Positions 1 to 9,675 of a stretch of 64,000 nucleotides of DNA are shown here, one piece after another. Position numbers and translations under genes: made by a program. Numbering within the stretch: position 1 is the stretch's first letter; each line of letters opens with the position of its first letter. Source of the stretch: an uncultured Gammaproteobacteria bacterium (GTDB lineage: Bacteria; Pseudomonadota; Gammaproteobacteria; JBGSLN01); assembly GCA_963695245.1 (NCBI GenBank), contig OY968770.1:1126238-1190237 (forward strand), written 5' to 3'. Under the pieces are notes generated by a model, which worked only from the letters and a program-made list of their open reading frames with translations, was not told the DNA's origin and made no database searches.

Positions 1-342
1 CATTTTGTTTCCCACACATGCCTTTGAAACATTTGAATATTTAGCAGAAAAAAAGCTCTGGCGCAAAATTTAATTGAAGCCAGAAAATTTTTAAACAAAC
101 CTTATGATGTGTTAATTCAGCACTTGTTAAGTATTGCAATTGGTGAAGGTTTTCAGTGCGAAGCGATGTACAAAGAAATCAAAGGGGTGCCTTGCTGTAA
201 AAATTTAACAAAAAAAGAATACCGCAAAATTTTAACTTATCTTGAAAAAGGTGGTGAGGCTTTAGATGCCTATCCTGAATATCATAAAATCATATGTGAA
301 GATGGCTGGTATAAAGTCATCGATACAAAAATTGCCAGATGA
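1..342 (+). CDS. C-terminal fragment of a DEXH-box helicase, possibly ligase-associated Lhr-like (gene runs off the window start; reading frame unclear before nt 108)
   Basis: ORF 109..342 extends in frame to about nt 40 (IFSRKKALAQNLIEARKFLNKPYDVLIQHLL...). It sits immediately upstream of a PdeM-like phosphoesterase, which is the usual lhr-pdeM pairing. Frames 1 and 2 both carry stops in nt 1-45 near an A7 run. Confidence 0.3.
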
Positions 343-645
343 CATCGAATGAATATTGGTACAATTTGTGTAAGTGCCATGATTGAAGTTAAATTTCAGA
401 GAGGGAAAAAAATAGCGGATTTAAAATAAGAATTTAATCCAAAAGCAGCGGTCTTTATCGATGATTCCGAGAAAAAATCAATTGTTGGTTAAAATTACAA
501 AAACTAAAGAAGGATATCAAGCTTATTTCTTTATTTTTAAAGGCCGCATTTTAAATGAGAAGATTGCATTGCTTTTGGCAAAGCCAATATTTTTCAAAAA
601 CAAGGTGTTGCTATACCTTATGGTGCAACGCTCAATGATTTAGCT

Positions 646-1098
646 TTGATTAAACAGTTAATCTTACATTATGAAATTGAAACATTGATTATCACCGGTG
701 ATTTTTTTCATGGCGTTCTATCCGACAAAACTTTACAGCAAATGATTTTTAAAAACATTTTTGAATTACCCATTAAGATTTGCCACTTGGTTTTAGGCAA
801 CCATGATAAAGATTTCCCTGAGCAAAATTGCATGGTAATACATAATACCTTTGAGATGGAACATATTTTGTTTACTCATGAACCCAGCCAGGATGAACAA
901 TTTAATATTTGTGGTCATATTCATCCAGTAGTGAAGCTTCGCGCCTTTAAAGAAACATTTCGTTTGAAATGTTTCTGGCTTGAATCCAAAAGACTAATCT
1001 TACCTGCTTTTGGAGAGTTTACGGGAGGCTTCGAGATTTTTAACTCCCAAAAAGGAATAATTTATGCCATTGCCGGCAACAAAATCCAAAAAATATAA
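646..1098 (+). CDS. PdeM-like calcineurin-type metallophosphoesterase (ligase-associated DNA damage response family); N-terminus appears disrupted
   Basis: Motifs TGDFFHG, LVLGNHDKD and ICGHIHP. The same frame continues upstream to a TGA at 556-558 and encodes EDCIAFGKANIFQKQGVAIPYGATLNDL, which resembles the PdeM ADLHLGK...F..G..P region. There is no ATG in that frame. ORF 461..643 is in another frame. Confidence 0.5.
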   Translation: MIKQLILHYEIETLIITGDFFHGVLSDKTLQQMIFKNIFELPIKICHLVLGNHDKDFPEQNCMVIHNTFEMEHILFTHEPSQDEQFNICGHIHPVVKLRAFKETFRLKCFWLESKRLILPAFGEFTGGFEIFNSQKGIIYAIAGNKIQKI

Positions 1099-1193
1099 TG
1101 TAGGTTGGGCTGATAAGCCCAACAGGGTATTCATTTAGTTATGGCTTTTTTTTATTGCTATGGCCTGTTGGGCTTATCAGCCCAACCTACATT
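1097..1193. repeat. MITE/REP-like palindromic element, copy 1 (short variant, arm loop GATAA)
   Basis: ATGTAGGTTGGGCTGATAAGCCCAACAG ... CTGTTGGGCTTATCAGCCCAACCTACAT terminal inverted repeats. Confidence 0.85.
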
Positions 1194-1199
1194 ATATTT

Positions 1200-2471
1200 T
1201 TATAAACCAAGCCAGCGAATAAAGCGATATGTGGTTCTAAAGGTTTGTTTACTGTTATCTTCAAAGGTTACCGTATAACTTTGTATTTCATTTTCTCTGT
1301 CATCTAAGCTGTTTAGGTTTACTTCTTTAATTGTTTTAATATCAACAATCTTAAAAAGCGTCATCCAAATGCCCCGAACCTTTTTGACCTGAGGAATAGC
1401 AAAATTAATGCTTTCTAAAGCAATGGCCTCTTGCTCATTAATTAAATTATCCTGGTTTTTATCTAATAACTTTAAGTCTTCTTTATTTAGTGCAATATAT
1501 TCAACAGAATTGATTTGTCTTCTAAGCATACGTTCCAGCGGGACCTGTTCACTGATTAAACTCTCATAATGCGCATTTTTTAAAATCATAATCGGTTCAT
1601 TTTCACTGTAGCGGCGATTATTATTTTTATCGATGAAAACAATCTTGCTAATGGGATCCTTCCTTTTAAAACTCATCAGTTTCTCGGTCTGAGTGTTTAT
1701 AGTATTTGGATAGGCTTTGCAATTTAAAAAACGGGATTTTTTCAACCAGTTTTCATCTGGAGAATAAATTACCAGTAAAGCATCTTCTCGAATAGTTTCG
1801 ATTAAGGGTCTGACCACTTTTTTAGGAATCGCAGGACAACCCCAACTGCGACCTGCACGACCATAAGCTTGAATGAAATCATCTTTCATATACCAGGCAG
1901 AATGCATTACAATGGCTCGGTTATATGCGCGATGATTAAAATTTCTCTCATGCCCTACGAGCTTTAAGGAAAAACCATGTCGGCCATAGTAAGATCTTTC
2001 TGTGGTATATACCCCAAGGCTGGTAGCTTTACTGTTATGCGTATTAGAAAAATGATCCACAACAGAAGTTCCAGAATTAATACCATGGGAAACATAGGTA
2101 TAAAATAATAATTTTTTTTGATTTAAATCAAAAACCCAAAGACGTTTTTCACTAGAAGCTTTAGAATAATCAATTAATGTAATAATATTTTTATGATAAA
2201 GATTTTTGGCCTGTGAACATGCAATTACTGCAACTAAGGTTTGAATTAAAGGTTGAGTTAAATCAAAATTTTCATTATTAAAAAATCTGGTTAGATCATT
2301 AATATTCATTTTTTCTTTAAAACACATTTTTTCAATGGCTGGATTGAAATTTTGCAAAGCTTTGTGATGTTCGGTATGCGTTCCAGAATATTTAAGTAAC
2401 TCATTGGCAATCACACTTTGAGTTGTCAATAATAATGCTAAACCAGATAAGAATATTTTCATAGCATTCAA
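1200..2471 (-). CDS. Secreted protein with L,D-transpeptidase (YkuD_2-like) catalytic domain, EnhA-like
   Basis: Signal peptide MNAMKIFLSGLALLLTTQSVIA. Core HGINSG...GRHGFSLKLVGHE...RAIVMHSAWY...AGRSWGCPAIP with a conserved His/Cys pair. Confidence 0.45.
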   Translation of the reverse strand: MNAMKIFLSGLALLLTTQSVIANELLKYSGTHTEHHKALQNFNPAIEKMCFKEKMNINDLTRFFNNENFDLTQPLIQTLVAVIACSQAKNLYHKNIITLIDYSKASSEKRLWVFDLNQKKLLFYTYVSHGINSGTSVVDHFSNTHNSKATSLGVYTTERSYYGRHGFSLKLVGHERNFNHRAYNRAIVMHSAWYMKDDFIQAYGRAGRSWGCPAIPKKVVRPLIETIREDALLVIYSPDENWLKKSRFLNCKAYPNTINTQTEKLMSFKRKDPISKIVFIDKNNNRRYSENEPIMILKNAHYESLISEQVPLERMLRRQINSVEYIALNKEDLKLLDKNQDNLINEQEAIALESINFAIPQVKKVRGIWMTLFKIVDIKTIKEVNLNSLDDRENEIQSYTVTFEDNSKQTFRTTYRFIRWLGL

Positions 2472-2504
2472 CCATTTTTTGTTATTCTAGGTATGCAAAA
2501 AGCT

Positions 2505-2957
2505 TTATACAGTTTTAATAATTTCTGACAGCTTCGTTTTTAAAGTTTCTTCATCGAGATTAACGTAGTGTTTATCTATGAATAAGGTTTTGTCTAACAA
2601 ATATTTATTTAAATTTTGCTTGCAGTATCCTTGCAATTTTCCTGGCGCAATAAATATTAAGTTTGAAAAAGCCTGGTTTTGAAATTCACGATTCAAATGA
2701 TCAGATATTTGTTTAGAAAAAGCATTTAATTCTTTGGTTTTAGCATCTGTATGAGGTTCATAAGTACCTTCATTCCAGGTAGCTGATTTTTGATACCGCC
2801 CCTGGTTATCTGACTGTAATTCCATTTCTTTTAATTTTCCGGCTTCATGTTCTAAAGTTCCATCCGCTTTAAAAGCATGTTCGGATTTGTCATAAATAAA
2901 AGAGCGCGCCATGGCTGCATCAGCAATGATACATTTTGTGTATTTATTTAAAATCAT
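2505..2957 (-). CDS. Host-attachment (PF10116-like) family protein
   Basis: N-terminus KCIIADAAMARSF resembles the V(L)ADGxRARxF start of host-attachment proteins; 150 aa. Confidence 0.3.
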   Translation of the reverse strand: MILNKYTKCIIADAAMARSFIYDKSEHAFKADGTLEHEAGKLKEMELQSDNQGRYQKSATWNEGTYEPHTDAKTKELNAFSKQISDHLNREFQNQAFSNLIFIAPGKLQGYCKQNLNKYLLDKTLFIDKHYVNLDEETLKTKLSEIIKTV

Positions 2958-3145
2958 TTTTTCTCCCTGGATTTTTTAGAGATAGCCTTACAGGTCTCTT
3001 TATCTTTTTTGACTTCAGCGGACTCTGAATTTTTAGATGAATATTTATCTTTTTTTAAAATATGCTTACAAACAGATTCATGCTCTGAATGTTTTCTGAG
3101 TGCTTTTTGCATTTTTTTTGTATCTTTTTCTTGGTTTGCCATCAC
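2954..3145 (-). CDS. Small lysine-rich basic protein (hypothetical)
   Basis: 63 aa, about 30% Lys, two Cys. Its stop overlaps the start of the downstream ORF (ATGA), so translational coupling is implied. Confidence 0.3.
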   Translation of the reverse strand: MMANQEKDTKKMQKALRKHSEHESVCKHILKKDKYSSKNSESAEVKKDKETCKAISKKSREKK

Positions 3146-3314
3146 ATACTTAAAAAGTTATCTTTATACTTTAATGTATAGTTGAATCCTAATAAAAAGC
3201 AAACTGACCTGCAAAAAAGCGCCAAACTTAAGGGCTTGGAAAAAACTTTGTCATAGCGCAAATAATAGATTTTCGTTATAATACGGCCTTAGATTTTTAA
3301 TTCCGGAGAAATCA

Positions 3315-4724
3315 ATGTCCGCTGAGAAAGTTTTCGAACTTATGGAAGAAAACCAGGTTAAATTCGTAGATTTACGCTTTACAGACACCAAAGGTAAAGA
3401 ACAGCATGTGTCCATTCCTGCGCAGGTGCTGGATGAAGATTTTTTTGCTGATGGAAAAATGTTTGATGGTTCATCCATTGCGGGCTGGAAAGGGATTCAA
3501 AATTCCGATATGTGCCTTTTACCAGATCCGCAAACGGCGGTAATGGATCCTTTTTGCGAAGAGGCAACCTTAAATTTGCGGTGTGATGTGGTTGAACCCA
3601 GCACCATGCTGGGATACGAGCGGGATCCCCGTTCTTTAGCAAAACGAGCCGAGGCTTATCTAAAATCAACCGGCATTGCCGATACCTGCCTTATGGGACC
3701 TGAGCCGGAATTTTTTATTTTCGATGACGTAAAATGGTGTGTGGACATGCGCGGTGCTCGCTATACCATTGATTCAGAAGAAGCTGCCTGGAACTCAGGT
3801 AAAGAATATGAACTGGGTAATATGGGACATCGACCTACGGTTAAAGGCGGTTATTTTCCTGTACCACCGGTGGATTCATCTCAGGATATCCGTTCCACCA
3901 TGTGTTTGACCATGGAAAAAATGGGGCTTGTAATTGAAGCGCATCACCATGAAGTGGCAACGGGAAATCAAAATGAAATTGCTACTAAATTTAACACCTT
4001 GGTGAAAAAAGCCGATGAGATGCAGATTTTAAAATATGTCGTACATAATGTTGCTCACGCTTTTGGTAAAACTGCTACTTTTATGCCAAAACCATTGGTG
4101 GGTGATAATGGCTCAGGTATGCATGTGCATCAATCACTATCTAAAAATGGCGAAAATATTTTTGCTGGTGATGCCTATGCCGGATTGTCAGAGACTGCAC
4201 TTTTTTATATTGGTGGCTTGATTAAGCATGCTCAGGCGCTGAATGCTTTTACAAACTCAACCACAAACAGTTACAAACGCTTGGTTCCAGGCTTCGAAGC
4301 TCCAGTAATGCTGGCTTATTCTTCCAGAAACCGTTCTGCTTCTATTCGAGTACCTCATGTATCAAATCCAAAAGCCAGAAGAATTGAGCTTAGGTTTCCT
4401 GATGCTGCCGGTAATCCATACCTTGCTTTTTCAGCTATGATGATGGCAGGGATCGATGGTATTAAAAATAAAATTCATCCTGGTGAACCGATAGATAAAG
4501 ATTTATATGACTTGCCACCAGAAGAGGCTCAAGATATTCCTACCGTTGCGGTAACTTTGTCAGAAGCGCTCAGTGCTTTAAATGAGGACAGAGATTTCTT
4601 AAAAGCAGGCGATGTGTTTTCAGACGACTTTATTGACAGTTACATTTCACTAAAAACTCAAGAAATTGAAAAACTACTGATGACAACTCATCCAATTGAG
4701 TTTGATATGTACTACAGCTCGTAA
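3315..4724 (+). CDS. glnA: Glutamine synthetase type I
   Basis: 469 aa; motifs [43 protein letters not shown]. Confidence 0.95.
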   Translation: MSAEKVFELMEENQVKFVDLRFTDTKGKEQHVSIPAQVLDEDFFADGKMFDGSSIAGWKGIQNSDMCLLPDPQTAVMDPFCEEATLNLRCDVVEPSTMLGYERDPRSLAKRAEAYLKSTGIADTCLMGPEPEFFIFDDVKWCVDMRGARYTIDSEEAAWNSGKEYELGNMGHRPTVKGGYFPVPPVDSSQDIRSTMCLTMEKMGLVIEAHHHEVATGNQNEIATKFNTLVKKADEMQILKYVVHNVAHAFGKTATFMPKPLVGDNGSGMHVHQSLSKNGENIFAGDAYAGLSETALFYIGGLIKHAQALNAFTNSTTNSYKRLVPGFEAPVMLAYSSRNRSASIRVPHVSNPKARRIELRFPDAAGNPYLAFSAMMMAGIDGIKNKIHPGEPIDKDLYDLPPEEAQDIPTVAVTLSEALSALNEDRDFLKAGDVFSDDFIDSYISLKTQEIEKLLMTTHPIEFDMYYSS

Positions 4725-5816
4725 ATGGCACAATACACACTGAAGCTCAATCCTCTTGGAGATGAAGTTGCTTTGGCAGCGTCTGCAAACCCTGTGGCAG
4801 TAACCGGTGCAACAGGTTATGTGGCAGGGTGGGTGATAAAAGCATTACTGGAATTAGGGCTTACGGTTCATGCCACCGTTCGCTGTGCCATTGATGATGA
4901 AAAGCTTAACTATTTGCGAGTTTTGGCAGATAAAAGTGCTGGTAAAATTATTTTTTTTCAGGCGGATTTGCTTAATGAAACTGCTTTTTTAGAAGTCTTT
5001 GCAGGCTGTCATTATGTTTTTCATACAGCCTCACCCTTCATCATGGACGTTAAAAATCCTCAAAAGCAACTTATTGAACCAGCTGTTACGGGCACTAAAA
5101 ACGTTCTTGCTCAGGTGAATAAAATCCCCAGCATAAAACGAGTGGTTCTAACCAGCAGTTGTGCTGCAATCTACGGTGATAATGCTGATTTACAGTCAAT
5201 ACCAGAAGCTGCTTTTTGTGAAAAACACTGGAATACCACTTCCACGATAGATCATAAACCTTATTCATTATCAAAAACCCTGGCAGAAAAAGTCGCTTGG
5301 GAAATTCAATCCCAACAAAAGCACTGGAGTCTGGTTTGTATCAATCCTTCCTTAGTAGTTGGACCAGGTATTAAAGATACAGCGACTTCTGGTAGCTTTG
5401 AGTTGTTTGAAAATTTTGCCAGTGGCCGTTTCAGCCAGGGCGTGCCAGATATGAGCTTTGGTGTGGTGGATGTTAAAGATGTGGCCATTGCTCACGTAAG
5501 AGCCGCCTTTTATACAGAAGTACACGGAAGGTATATTGTCAGCGCCCAAAGCTTCAGTCTTTTACAAATCAGTGAAATGTTAAGAAAGCATTTTCCTACT
5601 GAAAAACAATTGCCCAAACGTACGTTGCCCAAATGGCTGGTGAAATTGGTTGGGCCGCTCGTCAATCGCACTTTAAGCCGAAAGGTCATTGAGCGCAATG
5701 TGGGACACCCTTTTAAAGCCAGTCATGAAAAGAGTCAGCAGCAGCTAAAAATGAATTATCACCCGGTAGAACCAGCTATTACTGAGATGTATCGTCAAAT
5801 TATTACGCGAGTTTAA
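4725..5816 (+). CDS. NAD(P)-dependent epimerase/dehydratase family oxidoreductase (extended SDR)
   Basis: VTGATGYVAGWVIKALL Rossmann motif; 363 aa; start codon abuts the glnA stop. Confidence 0.6.
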   Translation: MAQYTLKLNPLGDEVALAASANPVAVTGATGYVAGWVIKALLELGLTVHATVRCAIDDEKLNYLRVLADKSAGKIIFFQADLLNETAFLEVFAGCHYVFHTASPFIMDVKNPQKQLIEPAVTGTKNVLAQVNKIPSIKRVVLTSSCAAIYGDNADLQSIPEAAFCEKHWNTTSTIDHKPYSLSKTLAEKVAWEIQSQQKHWSLVCINPSLVVGPGIKDTATSGSFELFENFASGRFSQGVPDMSFGVVDVKDVAIAHVRAAFYTEVHGRYIVSAQSFSLLQISEMLRKHFPTEKQLPKRTLPKWLVKLVGPLVNRTLSRKVIERNVGHPFKASHEKSQQQLKMNYHPVEPAITEMYRQIITRV

Positions 5817-6205
5817 TCATTTCTAAAACTTTTGCTGTGATTCTCTTCTGAACGAGCAGTCTCAAAGATCTTATGTAAATTCTCCAAATGGTCTGCATGA
5901 CGAAAGCAGTTAAATAATTCGCTTTCCGACTCGCTTATGCTTATTATACTTTCAGGATCCTTTCCAGGCTCGAAAAAAATAGAAGGTATCAATGTTTCAC
6001 CAAAAGTATCAATAAACTGAAAGGCTTTACTTTCTATTGAATATCTGTCTTTACAACTAAACATGTTAATGGCATCAACAAATGCTGCCGGGCTTAAAGA
6101 TTTAACATCTGTAATATGTGATGATAAATAATTAAAACGAGTATCGTCATCAGACTGGTTTTTAAGCACTTCCAGTAAAGAAGCCTTTGGATCAAAAAGC
6201 ATCAT
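5813..6205 (-). CDS. Hypothetical protein
   Basis: 130-aa ORF, no recognisable motif. Confidence 0.25.
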   Translation of the reverse strand: MMLFDPKASLLEVLKNQSDDDTRFNYLSSHITDVKSLSPAAFVDAINMFSCKDRYSIESKAFQFIDTFGETLIPSIFFEPGKDPESIISISESESELFNCFRHADHLENLHKIFETARSEENHSKSFRND

Positions 6206-6360
6206 AATTCACTCTCCCCTATTTGTGAGGATTATCTTACAAAATTCTTTAAACCTATGTCAAGCCTACTAATTACTTAAAATACATTAACATTAGCAGA
6301 ATCCAAGCTAAAGTTGTGTTACGATAAGCTTTAAGTCCAATTGGAATGAAACTGTAATAA

Positions 6361-7275
6361 ATGGAAATTACTTTTGAACAAACTGTAATACAATTGCCAG
6401 AATACATCACGCTCAGCAAATTAAGAGTAGAAGCTGCCATTAAAGCCACCTTTGAGCAATTACCCAGTATTTCAGATTATTTAAAGCAGGCGATGCAATA
6501 TAGCCTGTTAAACGGTGGTAAAAGAATTCGATCTGCGCTTATTTATAGCCTGGAAAAACCGTTTAATCTAAATGCAGCAGTGTTAGATAAGATTGCTATT
6601 ACTATAGAGTGCATCCATGCGTCTTCCTTAATACACGATGATTTACCAGCTTTAGACGACGATGCTTTGCGACGAGGTCAGCCAAGCTGTCATATGGCGT
6701 TTAATGAAGCCATTGCAATTTTGGCAGGTGATGGATTGCTGAATTTATCTCATCAAGTGATTTTAAGCCTGACAGATACACAACTCGATGAAGCTAAAAT
6801 TATCAAGGTAGCTAAAATATTTTCCCATGCCATTGGCACAGCCGGAATGATTGGCGGGCAAGCCCTTGAGTTTCAGCCAGAAAATGAACCTGTTTCTGAA
6901 CAAACCATTCTCAAGCTCTATGAGTTAAAAACCGGTTGTCTGTTAGGGGCTGGTATTCAAATGGCCTTGAGCGTCGCAAAGGTGAGTGCGGATATCCAAA
7001 ATGCATTTGATAAGTTCTGCTACCATCTTGGCTTAGCCTTTCAAGTGCAAGATGATATTTTAGATATTGAGAGCAATTCAGAAACTTTAGGGAAACCACA
7101 AAATTCAGATTTTCAGGCCGACAAACTTACTATTGTTGCCAAAATTGGTTTACCTCAGGCAAAAGCTCTGTTCATGTATCATTCAAAAGCTGCCAGAGCA
7201 ATACTCAAAGATCTTCCCTATGATTTGACTGATCTTGAGACTATTTGTGATTTTTTAATGCAAAGAAAATTTTAG
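6361..7275 (+). CDS. crtE: Polyprenyl (geranylgeranyl) diphosphate synthase
   Basis: First Asp-rich motif LIHDDLPALDDDALRRG and second motif FQVQDDILD; heads the crt operon. Confidence 0.8.
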   Translation: MEITFEQTVIQLPEYITLSKLRVEAAIKATFEQLPSISDYLKQAMQYSLLNGGKRIRSALIYSLEKPFNLNAAVLDKIAITIECIHASSLIHDDLPALDDDALRRGQPSCHMAFNEAIAILAGDGLLNLSHQVILSLTDTQLDEAKIIKVAKIFSHAIGTAGMIGGQALEFQPENEPVSEQTILKLYELKTGCLLGAGIQMALSVAKVSADIQNAFDKFCYHLGLAFQVQDDILDIESNSETLGKPQNSDFQADKLTIVAKIGLPQAKALFMYHSKAARAILKDLPYDLTDLETICDFLMQRKF

Positions 7276-7282
7276 GTCATTT

Positions 7283-8767
7283 ATGAACTCATCAAAAAAA
7301 GTCTATGTCATTGGTGCTGGATTTGGAGGCATGGCGGCGGCCTTAAGATTACGCGCCAAGGGTTACGAAGTTGAAGTATTGGAGCGGGGCAATGAATCTG
7401 GCGGTAGAGCCAGAGTTTTTAAGCAAGAGGGTCACACTTTTGATGCAGGCCCAACAGTTATTACAGCGCCGTATTTAATTGAAGAACTCTTTGCGCTTTT
7501 TGATAAAAAAACGCAGGATTACCTTCAATTAAAACCATTGGATCACTGGTATCGTTATCAGTTTGAAGATGGTACGTTTTTTGATTATGTGAAAGACGAA
7601 GCACAAATGCTTACAAATATTGCCAAAATATCTTCCGCAGATGTAGAGGGCTTTAAAAAACTTACCAAGCTGTCACAAAAGATTTTTGATAAAGGCTTTA
7701 CCCAATTAAGCGATAAACCATTTTTTACCTTAAACTCTATGTTAAAACAGGCACCAGCGCTTATGAAACTGGGTGCCTATAAAAGCGTTTATCGCGCCGT
7801 GGGGCAATACTTAAGCTCAGAAAAGTTAAGAAGAGTTTTCACCACCCAACCGCTTTTGGTAGGCGGTGATCCCTTCAAAACCACCTCTATCTATCTGTTA
7901 ATTTTGCATCTGGAACAAAAATATGGCTGTCATTTTTGCATGGGTGGAACCACAGCGTTGGTAAATGCATTGACAACGTTAATGCAGGAAGTTGGTATTA
8001 CCATTCGTTACAACGCTACAGTCACTGCATTTAAAGGTGTTGGTAAAAAACTGTCGGCAGTCTGTGTGAATCATGAAGAGTATTTGCCTTGCGACATGGC
8101 TGTTTTCAATGGAGATCCTGCTTATGCGTATCATCATTTGATCCCCAAAAAAAATCACAGATGGCTCACTCGCTTACAATTGCCTAAAATGCAATACTCC
8201 ATGGGCTTATGCTTATTTTACTTTGGTACCACTGTGCAGTATGAAAATGTGCCTTTACATACCATAAGTTATGGATCTTCTTATCGGACTTTGCTGGAAG
8301 ATGTGTTTCATAAAAAAAATCTCAATTTAGATTTGAGTATTTACCTTTACCGTCCCACAGCCATTGATAAATCTTTGGCACCTGCAGGTAAAGACAGTTT
8401 TTATGCGTTATTACCGGTACCCAATCTTTTGGGGGATATCGACTGGTCACAAAAGCAAAAAACGCTGCAAGCTCATGTGATTCAATTATTAGAAGAACGA
8501 TTGTTGCCAAACCTTTCCAATACAATTTGTACCCAAAAATTTATTACCCCGGAATATTTTCAGTCAGAACTTTTATCTTTACACGGCAGTGGTTTTTCCA
8601 TTCAACCAATTTTCACGCAGTCGGCCTATTTGCGCTTTCATAACCGTGCTAAAAAATTGCAAGGATTATATTTTGTTGGGGCAGGTACCCATCCAGGTGC
8701 CGGTGTGCCAGGGGTTTTATCTTCAGCAAAACTTGTGGGTGATTTAATTCCGGAAGCAATCTCATGA
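7283..8767 (+). CDS. crtI: Phytoene desaturase
   Basis: N-terminal FAD fold VYVIGAGFGGMAAALRL, 494 aa, C-terminal GAGTHPGAGVPGV. Confidence 0.9.
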   Translation: MNSSKKVYVIGAGFGGMAAALRLRAKGYEVEVLERGNESGGRARVFKQEGHTFDAGPTVITAPYLIEELFALFDKKTQDYLQLKPLDHWYRYQFEDGTFFDYVKDEAQMLTNIAKISSADVEGFKKLTKLSQKIFDKGFTQLSDKPFFTLNSMLKQAPALMKLGAYKSVYRAVGQYLSSEKLRRVFTTQPLLVGGDPFKTTSIYLLILHLEQKYGCHFCMGGTTALVNALTTLMQEVGITIRYNATVTAFKGVGKKLSAVCVNHEEYLPCDMAVFNGDPAYAYHHLIPKKNHRWLTRLQLPKMQYSMGLCLFYFGTTVQYENVPLHTISYGSSYRTLLEDVFHKKNLNLDLSIYLYRPTAIDKSLAPAGKDSFYALLPVPNLLGDIDWSQKQKTLQAHVIQLLEERLLPNLSNTICTQKFITPEYFQSELLSLHGSGFSIQPIFTQSAYLRFHNRAKKLQGLYFVGAGTHPGAGVPGVLSSAKLVGDLIPEAIS

Positions 8768-9675
8768 ATGAAGATTTCGAAAACCCTGAACAACTGTTGG
8801 CAAAATATGGTAAAAGCTTCAACTTCGCTGCGTTTTTTTTAAATAAAACTCAAAAAAAGCAAGCGCAGATAGTCTATGCCTTTTGTAGATATATTGATGA
8901 TGTGGTGGATGAAATTGAAGACAAAGCAATAGCAAAAGCGCTGATTGAAAGCGTTAAACAGGCAATTTTTTATAAAAAAAGCAATAATGTGATTGTTGAT
9001 AATATGCTGACGCTGATGGATGAACTTAAAATTTCACCCGTGGTTGTCAACCAACTGGTAGATGGCGTAGCCTTTGATTTAGAGCATCAGCGTATTCACA
9101 ATCAGGCCGAGTTATTACGCTACAGTTATGGAGTGGCTGGCACAGTGGGTCTTTTGATGTGCTACGTTTTTAAAATAAAAAATTCAACTGCATTAAAATA
9201 CGCTGTGGATTTAGGTATCGCCATGCAGCTCACCAATATTGCCAGAGATGTGCAAGAAGATGCCTTAAAACAACGAGTGTATTTACCTCAAAACTGGTTT
9301 GATAAACCCATTACGCCTAAGGACATTTTGCAGACAACCCACAGGCAAACCTTATTTTCAGTCATACAAAAAATATTGGAATTGTCGAAGGTGTATTACA
9401 ACTCAGCCTGTGAGGCAATGCCTTATTTGCCTTTTAGAGTACGTTTTTGTGTCCTGACAGCGGCTAAAGTCTATGGTGCCATTGGCCATAAAATCAGTGA
9501 GCATGATGCCAACAGCTATTTTCAGCAAAAACGCATTCACACCACATTTTTTGAAAAAATTAAAATCTGTTTGGGCGTATTATTCAGTGCAGATTTATGG
9601 CATACCAAAAAATCTACCGAAGCCCATGCTATGGAACTGCATATAGAAATTGAGGATTTGATATCTGATGTCTGA
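8764..9675 (+). CDS. crtB: Phytoene synthase
   Basis: Squalene/phytoene synthase motifs YAFCRYIDDVVDE and GIAMQLTNIARDVQED; 4-nt overlap with crtI. Confidence 0.85.
   Translation: MNEDFENPEQLLAKYGKSFNFAAFFLNKTQKKQAQIVYAFCRYIDDVVDEIEDKAIAKALIESVKQAIFYKKSNNVIVDNMLTLMDELKISPVVVNQLVDGVAFDLEHQRIHNQAELLRYSYGVAGTVGLLMCYVFKIKNSTALKYAVDLGIAMQLTNIARDVQEDALKQRVYLPQNWFDKPITPKDILQTTHRQTLFSVIQKILELSKVYYNSACEAMPYLPFRVRFCVLTAAKVYGAIGHKISEHDANSYFQQKRIHTTFFEKIKICLGVLFSADLWHTKKSTEAHAMELHIEIEDLISDV

Noticed and set aside
461-643. ORF 461..643 as the genuine N-terminus of PdeM by frameshift
   Set aside because: Its translation does not align convincingly with the PdeM N-terminal consensus. Only the frame-1 segment after the TGA at 556-558 does. 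It is therefore left as an unexplained disruption, not a defined frameshift.
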